Of a stretch of 64,000 bases of DNA, positions 1 through 11,925 are shown piece by piece; the first letter of the stretch is position 1, and each line of letters begins with the position of its first letter. The DNA comes from Granulicella sp. (GTDB lineage Bacteria; Acidobacteriota; Terriglobia; Terriglobales; Acidobacteriaceae), in the NCBI GenBank assembly GCA_027339965.1, contig DAHWNL010000012.1, positions 1 through 64,000 of the forward strand. Reading direction: 5' to 3'. Below the pieces are notes generated by a model. The model ran no database searches. It was not told where the DNA came from and saw nothing but the letters and a program-made list of their open reading frames with translations. Made by a program: the position numbers and the translations under genes.

Positions 1-153
1 CATAACAGAGAAACACACCTACCTGGCTATTCTCGACCCGGCCCGCCGTGCCGCTGTACTGGCGCTGCACTCCGGCCGAATGCATGCCCTTCTTCAGAAA
101 TCCCGTCTCATCCAGCACCAGCACCGCATCCCGGCTGCCCAAGGCCCGCACCG
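1..153 (-). mobile_element. IS701-family DDE transposase fragment, 5'-truncated, runs off window edge
   Basis: Manual minus-strand translation gives [50 protein letters not shown], the IS701 'DETGFxKKGxxSxGVxRQYSGTxG' signature. There is no room for the N-terminal part because the upstream gene ends at 177. Confidence 0.88.
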
Positions 154-176
154 AGGCTTGCCCACTGGAAGAGGGT

Positions 177-1787
177 TCAGCGTGGACGCCCTGCAGGAGC
201 ACGAGGCGCAGGCGCGGAACGGAACGCCGTGCGCGGGGCCTGCGCCCGTTGTGGTTGAGCACGGCTGGAGAAAGAGCTGCGAGACTGCAGACCGGGGCGC
301 GCTGCCGAGGCGGTGCGTGCTGCGGTCCCGGCGCGATACCCGCTGGACGGGGAGAAGTTGCCCCGTTGGCCCCCGGAGCGGCCGTAGCTGGACTGGGCGG
401 GAGATGAACCGCTTTGCCTGGAGGCGAAGCGCGACGAGGAGGCGTTAAAGGGCTGCCCGGCCATGTTGCGTCCCTGGCCACGCTGTTGCTGACCGGCAGA
501 GCCGCTGCCGCCCCGCTGCCGGGAGAAGCTCTGCTGTTGCCGGCGAATGCCGGCTGGCGCGGAGCCAAGAGTCTGGCGGGACGGGATAGTGCGGGAAAAC
601 GCAGCCTCCGCCGGACGTCCGCGATTGCTGGAGTAGAGCTGCCCGGAGTTGCGGGCGGCGAAGTTCTGCGCCTGACGCTGCGCAGGCACCGGCCCGCTGC
701 GGGCAAAGCGCGCCGCGGCCACCTCGGTGGGACGGGGGCGCGCGTTCACGCCTCCCGGGCCGCCGTTGTAGCTCACCCGGTTCAAGGGCTGCGCGGCGTA
801 CTGCCTGCCGTTGTAAAACACAGCGCGGCGGTAGCTGTATCCGCCCCGGCCCACATTGGTCACTTCGCTGTTGTAAAAGAAGCGATCACCTTGCCAATAG
901 CCGCCGAAGAAGCCAATGCCGATATAGCCAAAACCGTAGTCAATGCCCCCGTAGAAGCCCACGTAAGGCCCCCAGTAGCCGGGGAAGAAGCCATAGAAGC
1001 CGTTCATGAAACCCCAGTAGGGAGGTGTCCACAGGGCTCCGTAGTACGGCGGCATCACCCACACGCCGGGAACCCAGTAGTAGCCATACGGCCCCCAGGC
1101 CCAGTAGCCGGGGGTCCAGAGATAATTTGGACCCGGACAGGGAGGCTGGTCGTAAACCGGCAGCGGCGGTGGAGGCTGATCGGTTTGTGCCGCAGGCTCT
1201 TCACCCGGCGGCTCCGGACCACCGTCGCCCTGACCGTTGTACCCCTGACCACCGTAGTTTGGGCTGTTGTAGCTTTGTCCGCCGTAGCTTGGGCCGCTGT
1301 AACCCGACCCGCCGTAGCCTTGGCCGTTGTAACCTTGATTGCCGTAACCGTGGCTACCATAGCCTTGGCCGTTTTCACCTTGGCCGATGCCGCCCTGATC
1401 GTTGTACCCTTGCCCGCCGTAACTCGGGCCGCTGTCACCCTGGCCGGTGTACCCCGGGCTGCCGTAATCCTGGACGATGGGCGCAGGGGGTTGGCTAGGA
1501 TAGCTCTCGCTTTCTTGCTGCGGAGTGTAGGAGGAGCTAGCGCCCATCACCTGCGTAGGGCCTTGGGCAACGCCTGAGGCTGGGGCCAGGTTGGCTAACG
1601 CCGGGTCAGCGCCGTTGTGAACGCCGTCGTCGATTTGGTCCGTGGTGGCGTAGTTGTCAGAGTGGTTCTTGCAGCCGGCGAGCCCGAGGGCTAACAGGGC
1701 AAGCACGGCACAGCCCAGAGATCCTGCCCAGTGCTTTAGCCCAGAAGAGGCGAACGGAGCGGTTCGGCTACCGGGATGGGACGCCAT
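177..1787 (-). CDS. YXWGXW-repeat lipoprotein with Gly/Tyr/Gln-rich low-complexity regions
   Basis: Lipobox [46 protein letters not shown] repeats; SD AGGAAAG upstream. Confidence 0.85.
   Translation of the reverse strand: MASHPGSRTAPFASSGLKHWAGSLGCAVLALLALGLAGCKNHSDNYATTDQIDDGVHNGADPALANLAPASGVAQGPTQVMGASSSYTPQQESESYPSQPPAPIVQDYGSPGYTGQGDSGPSYGGQGYNDQGGIGQGENGQGYGSHGYGNQGYNGQGYGGSGYSGPSYGGQSYNSPNYGGQGYNGQGDGGPEPPGEEPAAQTDQPPPPLPVYDQPPCPGPNYLWTPGYWAWGPYGYYWVPGVWVMPPYYGALWTPPYWGFMNGFYGFFPGYWGPYVGFYGGIDYGFGYIGIGFFGGYWQGDRFFYNSEVTNVGRGGYSYRRAVFYNGRQYAAQPLNRVSYNGGPGGVNARPRPTEVAAARFARSGPVPAQRQAQNFAARNSGQLYSSNRGRPAEAAFSRTIPSRQTLGSAPAGIRRQQQSFSRQRGGSGSAGQQQRGQGRNMAGQPFNASSSRFASRQSGSSPAQSSYGRSGGQRGNFSPSSGYRAGTAARTASAARPGLQSRSSFSSRAQPQRAQAPRTAFRSAPAPRAPAGRPR
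1230..1470 (-). repeat. Intragenic ~15-nt (pentapeptide GY[NGST]GQ/GQGYx) degenerate tandem repeats
   Basis: Protein segment [20 protein letters not shown] ... [40 protein letters not shown]. Confidence 0.75.
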
Positions 1788-2273
1788 CGTCTTTCCTTTC
1801 TCTCTTTTGCTCGCGCCAGACAGTGAACCGATCAGATGCCGGAGGGCGGAGGACAGTTGTCTCGGGGGTGCCTCCGCTGGCCTGCTGACCGGAATTGCGA
1901 AGAGTGGATACCGGGCGGCAATCCAGGAGGTCTAGGAGTTCGCCGGCGCGCGGTGAAGGATGGGAGGCCGGGGCAGGCGCTGCGCGGCGCTGAGGTAAGA
2001 AATTCCCCGCCAAGGGATCCTCCGACCACGCCAAACGTTGCCGGGTGAAGGTAGAATTTTTACCATGCAGCGGCAGTATGCCCCCCCATCGCGCTCCCTT
2101 CGGTCCATCCGGTTCTGCATCCGGTTGCGCAAGGCGAAGCGCTTTCTGCGGGGACGCCACGACCGCGGACGCTCCTGCTGACTCCGCGCCGGGACGTTCC
2201 CTGCCAACGATCGCGTTGCTCTCTCGACCTTTCTAAGAACTTCAACCGCGCCCAAGACTGCGGCACGGTATTA

Positions 2274-2289
2274 CGTGACCGGAATCACT
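2274..2289. promoter_or_regulatory. Possible Crp/Fnr-type box just upstream of acnA
   Basis: CGTGA-CCGGAA-TCACT, ~25 bp before the ATG. Confidence 0.4.
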
Positions 2290-2314
2290 CATCGCCCCAA
2301 GGAGAAGATACGCC

Positions 2315-5125
<2,811 letters not shown>

Positions 5126-5146
5126 GACGCGAAAGCCCCACCAGCA

Positions 5147-5181
5147 GGAACGGCGAGCCCACGAGCAGGGCTCGCCGTTCC
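5147..5181 (+). terminator. Perfect 14-bp stem hairpin after acnA
   Basis: GGAACGGCGAGCCC-ACGAGCA-GGGCTCGCCGTTCC; no U-tract, so it may be a stabilising hairpin rather than a terminator. Confidence 0.55.
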
Positions 5182-5334
5182 CGCATCAACGCCAGCCAGA
5201 TCCAGCATCCTCTGCCGGAGCCTGTCCCACAATAGGCCATGCCGCGGGAGGAAGCCACTCTGGTGACCGGCTTGGTGACCCGATTGCGAGTTGAGCCGGC
5301 AGAACCTGCTTTCCGTCGTAGCATAGTAGGGACG

Positions 5335-6165
5335 ATGGTGCCCGAGGGTTCCAAGCCGACGTTGTACCTGCCGGAGATTCTGGAGCATGCGCGCGGAGTA
5401 GTGGCCGAGCGGAAGGCTACGGCCGACATGCGGGCTCTGGAGGCGGCGGCGGCCCGGCATGTTCCGCGCGGGTTTGCGCGGGCGCTGCGGGCCCGCCAGG
5501 GCCGCGGCATGGCGGTGATCGCCGAGTTGAAGAAGGCTTCACCCTCCAAAGGCATCATCCGCGAGTCATTCGATCCGGTAGAGATTGCCCTGCAGTTGGA
5601 GGCCGGCGGCGCGGCGGCGCTCTCGGTGCTCACCGACGAAAGGTTCTTTCAGGGATCGTTGCTGAACCTGCGCCGGGCCAGCGCGGCGGTGTGGCTGCCG
5701 TGCCTGCGCAAAGACTTCATGGTGGATGAGTTCCAGATGCTGGAGGCGCGAGCCAACTGCGCCGACGCCGTTCTTCTGATTGTGGCGGCGCTGAGCGACC
5801 CGGAGTTGCGAAGACTGCGCAACAGCGCCCGCTCTTTCGGTCTGGATGTGCTCTGCGAGGTCCACGATGCCCAGGAGTTGGAGCGCGCTCTGGAGCTGGA
5901 GTGCGAGTGCGTGGGGGTGAACAGCCGCGACCTGCACACTTTTGATGTCTCCCTGGACCGCGCCTGCGAGCTGGCGCAGCGCCTTCCCCGCAGCGCGGTG
6001 CGCGTGGCGGAGAGCGGAATCCATACGCGCTCCGATATGCGCCGGTTGCGCTCGGCGGGCTATGAGGCGTTCCTGATCGGCGAATCGTTGATGCGGGAGT
6101 CGCGCCCCGGGGGAGCACTGGCGCATCTTTTGCGCGGCGAGCCGAGTGCCATGCTGGAGGCCTAG
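5335..6165 (+). CDS. trpC: Indole-3-glycerol phosphate synthase (start uncertain)
   Basis: VIAELKKASPSKG, LSVLTDERFFQGS, LRKDF, GVNSRDL, VAESGI, FLIGESLMR. Confidence 0.96.
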   Translation: MVPEGSKPTLYLPEILEHARGVVAERKATADMRALEAAAARHVPRGFARALRARQGRGMAVIAELKKASPSKGIIRESFDPVEIALQLEAGGAAALSVLTDERFFQGSLLNLRRASAAVWLPCLRKDFMVDEFQMLEARANCADAVLLIVAALSDPELRRLRNSARSFGLDVLCEVHDAQELERALELECECVGVNSRDLHTFDVSLDRACELAQRLPRSAVRVAESGIHTRSDMRRLRSAGYEAFLIGESLMRESRPGGALAHLLRGEPSAMLEA

Positions 6166-6170
6166 CCGCC

Positions 6171-6872
6171 ATGTTCGTCAAGATCTGCGCGAATACCAAC
6201 GTGGAAGACGCGCGGCTGGCCGCAGAGCTGGGCGTGGATGCGGTAGGCTTCGTCTTTGCTCCCAGCAAGCGGCGGGTGACGCCTGAGCAGGTCGAGCGGC
6301 TAACGCCCGGGCTGCCGCCGGAGATAGAGAAGGTGGGTGTCTTTGCCGGCGAGGATCCAATCGAGATTGCGGAGCAGATTCGGCGCGGCGGACTCACGGC
6401 GGCACAACTTCATGGAACCTTTGATGCGGACCGGGCGCGAGATCTGCACGCAGCGTTCGGCGGCGCACTCAAGATCATCCAGGCGGTGACCTATGCGGTG
6501 GATGTCAATGCCACAGAACTGGCAGAAGCCAATGCCCATTTTGAACAGACCCTGAGGCGGGTCTTTGCCGAACCGACCGTTTGGGCGGTGCTGATTGACG
6601 CCGCCAAGGCCGGAGCTTCGGGCGGACTTGGCATAACCTTCGACTGGAAGCGCGTGGGAGGGATGGTGCAAAGAGCCATGGCTGGCCGCGCGCCGAAGCC
6701 GAGGGTAATCCTGGCCGGCGGGCTGCGCCCGGAGAATATTGCGCAGGCGATCGCGGAGTTCCAACCCTGGGGAGTGGATGTAGCCAGCGGCGTGGAGGCT
6801 GCTCCAGGCAAGAAGGACCCGGAGCGGCTGCGCGCGTTTGTGGAGATCGCGCGCCGCGCCGCTGACGACTGA
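6171..6872 (+). CDS. trpF: Phosphoribosylanthranilate isomerase
   Basis: MFVKICANT, GFVFAPSKRRVT, QLHG, ILAGGLRPENI, GVDVASGVE; follows trpC. Confidence 0.95.
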   Translation: MFVKICANTNVEDARLAAELGVDAVGFVFAPSKRRVTPEQVERLTPGLPPEIEKVGVFAGEDPIEIAEQIRRGGLTAAQLHGTFDADRARDLHAAFGGALKIIQAVTYAVDVNATELAEANAHFEQTLRRVFAEPTVWAVLIDAAKAGASGGLGITFDWKRVGGMVQRAMAGRAPKPRVILAGGLRPENIAQAIAEFQPWGVDVASGVEAAPGKKDPERLRAFVEIARRAADD

Positions 6873-6920
6873 TGTCCCTATCGTGATGGCCGCGCTGTTG
6901 CCCCTGCTGGTAAGGCAAAC

Positions 6921-6942
6921 GGAGCGTTCTTGCCGCTCCTTT
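6921..6942. terminator. Hairpin between convergent trpF and coaE
   Basis: GGAGCG-TTCTTGC-CGCTCC followed by TTT, preceded by AAAC. Confidence 0.45.
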
Positions 6943-6946
6943 GGAT

Positions 6947-6997
6947 TCACCGATCTATCCACCCCACGGATCTATCCACCTCACCGACCTATCCGCC
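6947..6997. repeat. Three imperfect 17-bp tandem repeats overlapping the coaE stop codon
   Basis: TCACCGATCTATCCACC / CCACGGATCTATCCACC / TCACCGACCTATCCGCC. Confidence 0.8.
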
Positions 6998-7675
6998 GAT
7001 CGACGCTTTACCCTCTGCGCCTTCCCTTTCCATCTCCCCGAGTTGCTGCCACACCACATCCACCTGCCGCTCCAAAACATCCACATCGCCATCGTTGTGC
7101 AGAAGAATGACATCGTCTGGGCAGTGCGTCTGCTGTTGGATTTGCAGCCTCCGCCAGGCATCGACAGACAGAGCCGCACGCTCTTCCGCGGTGAGGGTTC
7201 GCTCGGCGGCGATCCGGGCGATGAAGCGCTCCACCTTCACTTCGTCGGGGGCGGTCACCATCAGCACCTTGTCAAAGCGGTTGCGCCAGCCGCCGATTGA
7301 CCCATGCTGGGTGGAAAAGATGAGCGCCGACTCCACTACCACAATGGCGTGCGGCTTGGCTCTGGCCAATTCGGCCATCTGAATGGCTTGCTCCTCAATG
7401 ACCGCCGGATGGATGATCGCATTGAGTTCCTCCACGCGGGGCCGCTGAGCATCAAAGGCCAGGGCCGCCAACCGCTTGCGATCGAGCGTTCCATCGGCGG
7501 AGAGAACCTCCTGGCCGAAGGCCGCAACAATTTTCCCAAAGGCCGGCCGGTCGGGCTGCATGAGTGCGCGGCCCATCTCATCGGAGGACAGAACCAGGGC
7601 GCCTCGCTCGGCGAGCATGCGGGCCACCGTTGACTTCCCGCTGCCGAGTTCGCCGGTAAGCCCTACGCGCAACAT
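6989..7675 (-). CDS. coaE: Dephospho-CoA kinase
   Basis: VGLTGELGSGKSTV P-loop, LDRKRLA, LNAIIHPAV. Confidence 0.95.
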   Translation of the reverse strand: MLRVGLTGELGSGKSTVARMLAERGALVLSSDEMGRALMQPDRPAFGKIVAAFGQEVLSADGTLDRKRLAALAFDAQRPRVEELNAIIHPAVIEEQAIQMAELARAKPHAIVVVESALIFSTQHGSIGGWRNRFDKVLMVTAPDEVKVERFIARIAAERTLTAEERAALSVDAWRRLQIQQQTHCPDDVILLHNDGDVDVLERQVDVVWQQLGEMEREGAEGKASIGG

Positions 7676-7681
7676 GCTGGT

Positions 7682-8626
7682 TCAGCCCCTCCGCAGCTCT
7701 GCGGCTTTGACCGTGTTCGCCATCAGCATAGCGATCGTCAAAGCGCCCACTCCGCCGGGGACTGGAGTGTAGGCTGCCGAGACTGCGAACGCGGCCGGAT
7801 GGACGTCCCCAACCAGCGTCGATCCACGCTTGGAGAAACCGGCATGGCGCGCCGCGTCCCCAGGGAAGAAGCGCTCCAGATCCTCAGCGGTGACGATGCG
7901 GTTGATTCCGACATCGATCAAGGTTGCACCCGGCTGAACCATTTCGGGTGTCACGAATCCCGGCCGTCCGATGGCTGCAATGAGAATGTCAGCCTGACGG
8001 GTTATGGCCTCCAGATCCTTGGTCTGCGAGTGGCAGACCGTCACCGTGGCGCTGGCATTCACCAGCATGACCGCCAACGGCTTGCCTACAATGTTGGAAC
8101 GCCCGATCACAACCGCCCGCCGCCCGCGCACGGCAATGCCACTGCGGTGCAGCACCTCCATAATGCCTGCCGGAGTGCATGGCGCAAGCACCTTCTCTGG
8201 GGGTGAACCATTCTGCAATCTCCCGGCATTGATAGGATGGAAGCCATCCACATCCTTCTCAGGAGCAACAGCCTCCAGTAGACGCGTGGTATCCACGTGC
8301 TTGGGCAGAGGAAGTTGAATCAGGATGCCATCAATCTCCTCCCGGGAATTAAGCGAAGCCACAAGTTGCAGAAGTTCGTCGGTGGTCGCAGTGGCCGGAG
8401 GCGTATGCATCTCGGAGTAGATTCCCAGCTCCCCGCAGGTCTTTACCTTGCTTCGCACATAGATTTGGGAGGCCGGATTCTCGCCGACCAGGATGACGGC
8501 CAAGCCAGGAACATGACCACGGGCGCGAGCGGAGTTCACCCGGTCGACGAGCTCTGATTTGATCTGCGCGGCGATCGCTATGCCATCAAGGATCCGCGGA
8601 ACGCTGGAAGTGAGAGTAAGAGACAT
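7682..8626 (-). CDS. folD: Bifunctional methylenetetrahydrofolate dehydrogenase/cyclohydrolase
   Basis: PGLAVILVG, GILIQLPLP, KDVDGFHP, PCTPAG, GRSNIVGKP, TPVPGGVG. Confidence 0.97.
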   Translation of the reverse strand: MSLTLTSSVPRILDGIAIAAQIKSELVDRVNSARARGHVPGLAVILVGENPASQIYVRSKVKTCGELGIYSEMHTPPATATTDELLQLVASLNSREEIDGILIQLPLPKHVDTTRLLEAVAPEKDVDGFHPINAGRLQNGSPPEKVLAPCTPAGIMEVLHRSGIAVRGRRAVVIGRSNIVGKPLAVMLVNASATVTVCHSQTKDLEAITRQADILIAAIGRPGFVTPEMVQPGATLIDVGINRIVTAEDLERFFPGDAARHAGFSKRGSTLVGDVHPAAFAVSAAYTPVPGGVGALTIAMLMANTVKAAELRRG

Positions 8627-8901
8627 ACTAACAGAATATCGCGGCCGAGAGCTGCGGGCGGAGAGTGGCAGTTCGGATTCGGGCGAAGGACGGCCAGAAT
8701 TGTGCCGTCAGTTCAGGTGGTTCGGCCTGGGCAACGACGCAAGGGCTCTCTCTGCCTTGCATCCGCGGACTTGAAGATCCCGGGGGCAGAGACTATACGC
8801 GCGACGAAATCAAGTCTACGTTGGCAACTTCTTTCCCAAGAAAACGTTCCAATGAAGTAGAGGCGGGTGGGCCACTCTCGCCGGCCATGGGAGGTTGCCC
8901 G

Positions 8902-9156
8902 ATGAACCCATTCAAAGACAACCCGAACTGTGTCGAGCGCTTTACGCCTACGGATCTGCTGCGGCTGCGCAGCGAGTTGCTGCAGTCCGGCGTTGACTCC
9001 TTCCAGGCCGCCGAGATCGTAGCCAGCTTCCTCAGCGGACGCGGATATGGAGTCTCGCATCAGGAGGCTCGCGACGTGGCTTCACGCATTGAGGTTCCGG
9101 GCTGCACCTTGGATCTGATTCAGCGCGAGCTGGAACGCGTAGCTTACGTCATGTAA
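8902..9156 (+). CDS. Small hypothetical protein (84 aa)
   Basis: GGAGG SD before ATG 8902; globular-looking sequence ERFTPTDLLRLRSELLQSGVDSFQAAEIVASFLSGRGYGVS. Confidence 0.75.
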   Translation: MNPFKDNPNCVERFTPTDLLRLRSELLQSGVDSFQAAEIVASFLSGRGYGVSHQEARDVASRIEVPGCTLDLIQRELERVAYVM

Positions 9157-9482
9157 CTTCGCCTTTATGCTCTCGCTGCGGAGCCGGCTCGAGCATAGAC
9201 CGAAAGTTCGTTTCAACGGCTCGCACGGCTGTAGAGTGGCTTACAAGATGCTCCGAGCCGCCGGAACGCGATCCTCACAAATCTGTGGAGTCGGCTGTAT
9301 GGGAGAAACGGCGCGGGGAAAAGTAGCCGTACAGGATCGCTTCAGCGCATCCTCCTTCAGCGCCGTAAACTTAACCCCGACTGCATCTTTAGATTCACCG
9401 GATCTCCTGCGACGGCGGTGCGACGGTCTTTCCCTTCCGTTCCAACCATCCCTGCTGCTGGGGCGGAGAGAACTCACGCCTT

Positions 9483-10919
9483 CTACTCGAAGCCGAGCTC
9501 GCTCAGGATCTTCGGATTGGGATCGTCCACATCCAGAAGATTGTGACATGCGGAGCAATCGTTGGTGATCGTTTGTCCGCCCGTGGAGGTATGGTTGCCA
9601 TCGTGGCAACGGAAGCAGCCAGGATAGTTGGTGTGGCCGATGTTGTCTGGATACGTGCCCCAAGTTACATGCATATCCGGGAAGACGTTCTGGTCATAGA
9701 TCTTGATCAGAGCCAGCGCGGCCTGTTCCACCTGCGCGCTCTGGCTGCTCCATATCGCGGGGTACTGGGTGCGGTAGTAGGCTTCGAGGCCGTCTTTGAT
9801 CTTCACCCCGGCTTCGGCCTGGGAGGAGTACTTGGCCTTCAGCAACACAAGACCCTCTTTGTGAACGAAAGGAAGCGCGACGCTGGGAATGCCGGAGGTC
9901 ATGGCCTCATCCAGCGCATCCCCAGGCGTCTGGAAGGAGTGCGCCGCCATGGTATGGCAGTCCATGCAGTCCATCACGCGCCGAACACCTTTGACAGGCC
10001 CCTTCCAGGTCGAGTCGACATACTCGGTCTGGGTACCGTTGGGACCCGGCGCGTAGACCGCGATGATCTTCTGGAAGGTATTGTCGGTGGCTACGTACTC
10101 GATATGATTCAGATGATGTCCATGGATGCCGCTGAGGTGAGAGAGCGAGTCCACTCCGCCAAGGTGCAGGACCAGAATCGTCTTGGTCATGTCATTCTTC
10201 TCGTCGTCAGAGAACTCCGTCTTGACCAGCAACCGGTCGCCGAGGAAGCGCGTAGGATTGTGGCACTCCTCGCAGGTGGCCCGCGCCGGCCGCAGCTCGG
10301 AGAGCGGGGCCAGAATGGGGCGAGGATAGGTATCGAAGGTGACGCCCACCAACTGCTTCGTGCCGGCCATCTTGGCGTTGATGTAGTTTTCAAAACCACT
10401 ACCGACATGGCACTCCACGCAGTCCACGTGAGAGTGGGGAGACCGCTGATATGCCACCCATTGCGGACGCATGGGAACGTGGCAGGCGGTGCCGCAGAAG
10501 GATGGGCTATCCATATACGAGACGCCGCGATAGCTGGCAATGCCGATGATGACGAAGTTGATGAACGTGGCCGCCACGACAAAGTTGAGCGCATGGCGAA
10601 ACATCGGCTCGTTCAAGTCAATATCCGGATAGATGGAGGGCAAACTGCCCGCATCCACCAGTTTCCTCCGCTGGATGGCGATTCCGATCGGAATGACGAT
10701 CAGCCCCAGGAGAAAGATCGCGGGAAGAAAGAGGAACAGCACCAGGCCGACGTAGGGATTTTTGGACCCCGAGTGGCCCAGGATATCCACGGCCCAGAAC
10801 CCAATCAGAACAAAGGCGGCTGCGGATGCCGCCGCGCCGCCGATCAAGCTGAGCGGGTTCTTCCCCAGAAAGAAGAAGGGCTGGAGCCACTGCTTTTTAA
10901 TATGTTCGAAAAGGGACAC
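9483..10919 (-). CDS. NapC/NirT-family membrane-anchored multiheme cytochrome c (ImcH-like)
   Basis: Three N-terminal hydrophobic helices, then FCGTACH (CX3CH), CVECH, CEECH, CMDCH, CFRCH, CSACH; probable GTG start at 10919 (the track ORF extends to 11045). Confidence 0.88.
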   Translation of the reverse strand: MSLFEHIKKQWLQPFFFLGKNPLSLIGGAAASAAAFVLIGFWAVDILGHSGSKNPYVGLVLFLFLPAIFLLGLIVIPIGIAIQRRKLVDAGSLPSIYPDIDLNEPMFRHALNFVVAATFINFVIIGIASYRGVSYMDSPSFCGTACHVPMRPQWVAYQRSPHSHVDCVECHVGSGFENYINAKMAGTKQLVGVTFDTYPRPILAPLSELRPARATCEECHNPTRFLGDRLLVKTEFSDDEKNDMTKTILVLHLGGVDSLSHLSGIHGHHLNHIEYVATDNTFQKIIAVYAPGPNGTQTEYVDSTWKGPVKGVRRVMDCMDCHTMAAHSFQTPGDALDEAMTSGIPSVALPFVHKEGLVLLKAKYSSQAEAGVKIKDGLEAYYRTQYPAIWSSQSAQVEQAALALIKIYDQNVFPDMHVTWGTYPDNIGHTNYPGCFRCHDGNHTSTGGQTITNDCSACHNLLDVDDPNPKILSELGFE

Positions 10920-11025
10920 GGATCGGACCTCGCCGCTGGATTTCGTTCTTATCGAACCATGCTCACGTGATTCCACGCAAGACTTGCTCGTCCGAATATC
11001 CAGTTCCGATCGTGGCGCAAAGGGC

Positions 11026-11925
11026 CTACTCCCGGATATACGCACTCACTGACAATATCAGTAACACAAGTCCGGCGGCGACGACTGTGAAGCCGATCAC
11101 TTTGCTGACCTTGAGCAGCGATCTTTCCGGCTTGCAGGTAAGTTTCTCCCCCAGTCTGCCCTCGGCCCGCAAGCGCTGATACTCCTCAGCGTGCCTCTGT
11201 TGGAACTCTTCTTCCGACTGGACGCCGGTGAAGATCGTCGTATCCATCGGAAAGTTGTCTGGACGCAGATGCCCGTTAATGAAGTGGATTGAAAAGATGA
11301 AGGTGGCGGCGAGCATGGCTTCCTCGCCATGCACGATCTGAACCGCGTTCAGCGCCCAGCCAGGCAGAAACCTGCCGAAGAAGGGCCCGAACCACATCAC
11401 ATAGCCGGAGAATCCAATGATGATCATTCCCCAGAAGACGGCCCAATAGTCAAACTTCTCCCAGTAAGCGTAACGTTCCAGACGGGGCTTGCTGCCCAGT
11501 CCCAGGAACCAGCGGAAGTTTCCGACGATGTCTTTGAGATCCTTCAGGTTTGGAACCATCGAGTCCGGACCCCAAAGCAATCCCTTCTCTTTCTTGACCA
11601 CAACGCGGAACGCGATGTTCGCAATGTGATACAGAAACTCCAAGGTCAGGATCACCGCACAGAACTTGTGAATGAACAAGATGGCTCCAAATCCGCCGAT
11701 GGCCAGCGCAAAGTGCTGCGCCCATGCGTTGCTGCTAAACAGGATCGTGAGGCCGGTCATAGCCAAGCCAAGAAAGGTGGAAAACATGATGACGTGCATC
11801 CATCGCTGTATCGGCGTAAAGCGTACATAGTACCGCTCGGCTTCGGGGTGGGCCTCTGCCGCGCCTCCAGACGAGGCCTGGGGTTCCAACTGCGTGCCTT
11901 CGATCCGAATGGATGGGTCCGTCAT
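11026..11925 (-). CDS. Di-heme cytochrome b membrane subunit (FdnI/HydC-like)
   Basis: [42 protein letters not shown] motifs; ATGA overlap with the upstream multiheme gene; SD AGGAGG. Confidence 0.9.
   Translation of the reverse strand: MTDPSIRIEGTQLEPQASSGGAAEAHPEAERYYVRFTPIQRWMHVIMFSTFLGLAMTGLTILFSSNAWAQHFALAIGGFGAILFIHKFCAVILTLEFLYHIANIAFRVVVKKEKGLLWGPDSMVPNLKDLKDIVGNFRWFLGLGSKPRLERYAYWEKFDYWAVFWGMIIIGFSGYVMWFGPFFGRFLPGWALNAVQIVHGEEAMLAATFIFSIHFINGHLRPDNFPMDTTIFTGVQSEEEFQQRHAEEYQRLRAEGRLGEKLTCKPERSLLKVSKVIGFTVVAAGLVLLILSVSAYIRE

Noticed and set aside
1230..1470. Periodic repeats that might be a CRISPR array
   Set aside because: Degenerate in-frame 15-nt coding repeats without unique spacers; no cas genes in the window
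9157..9482. Possible ncRNA or attachment site at the left edge of the cytochrome block
   Set aside because: No tRNA, recognisable RNA motif or direct repeat matching the right edge was found by eye; an Infernal search would be needed
10920..11045. N-terminal extensions in the ORF track (NapC/NirT from 11045, cyt b from 11985, fumC from 24238, CoA-transferase from 22409, lipoprotein from 30326, mogA from 35969)
   Set aside because: Downstream starts have better SD or promoter context, and the extensions lack family-like sequence or overlap neighbours
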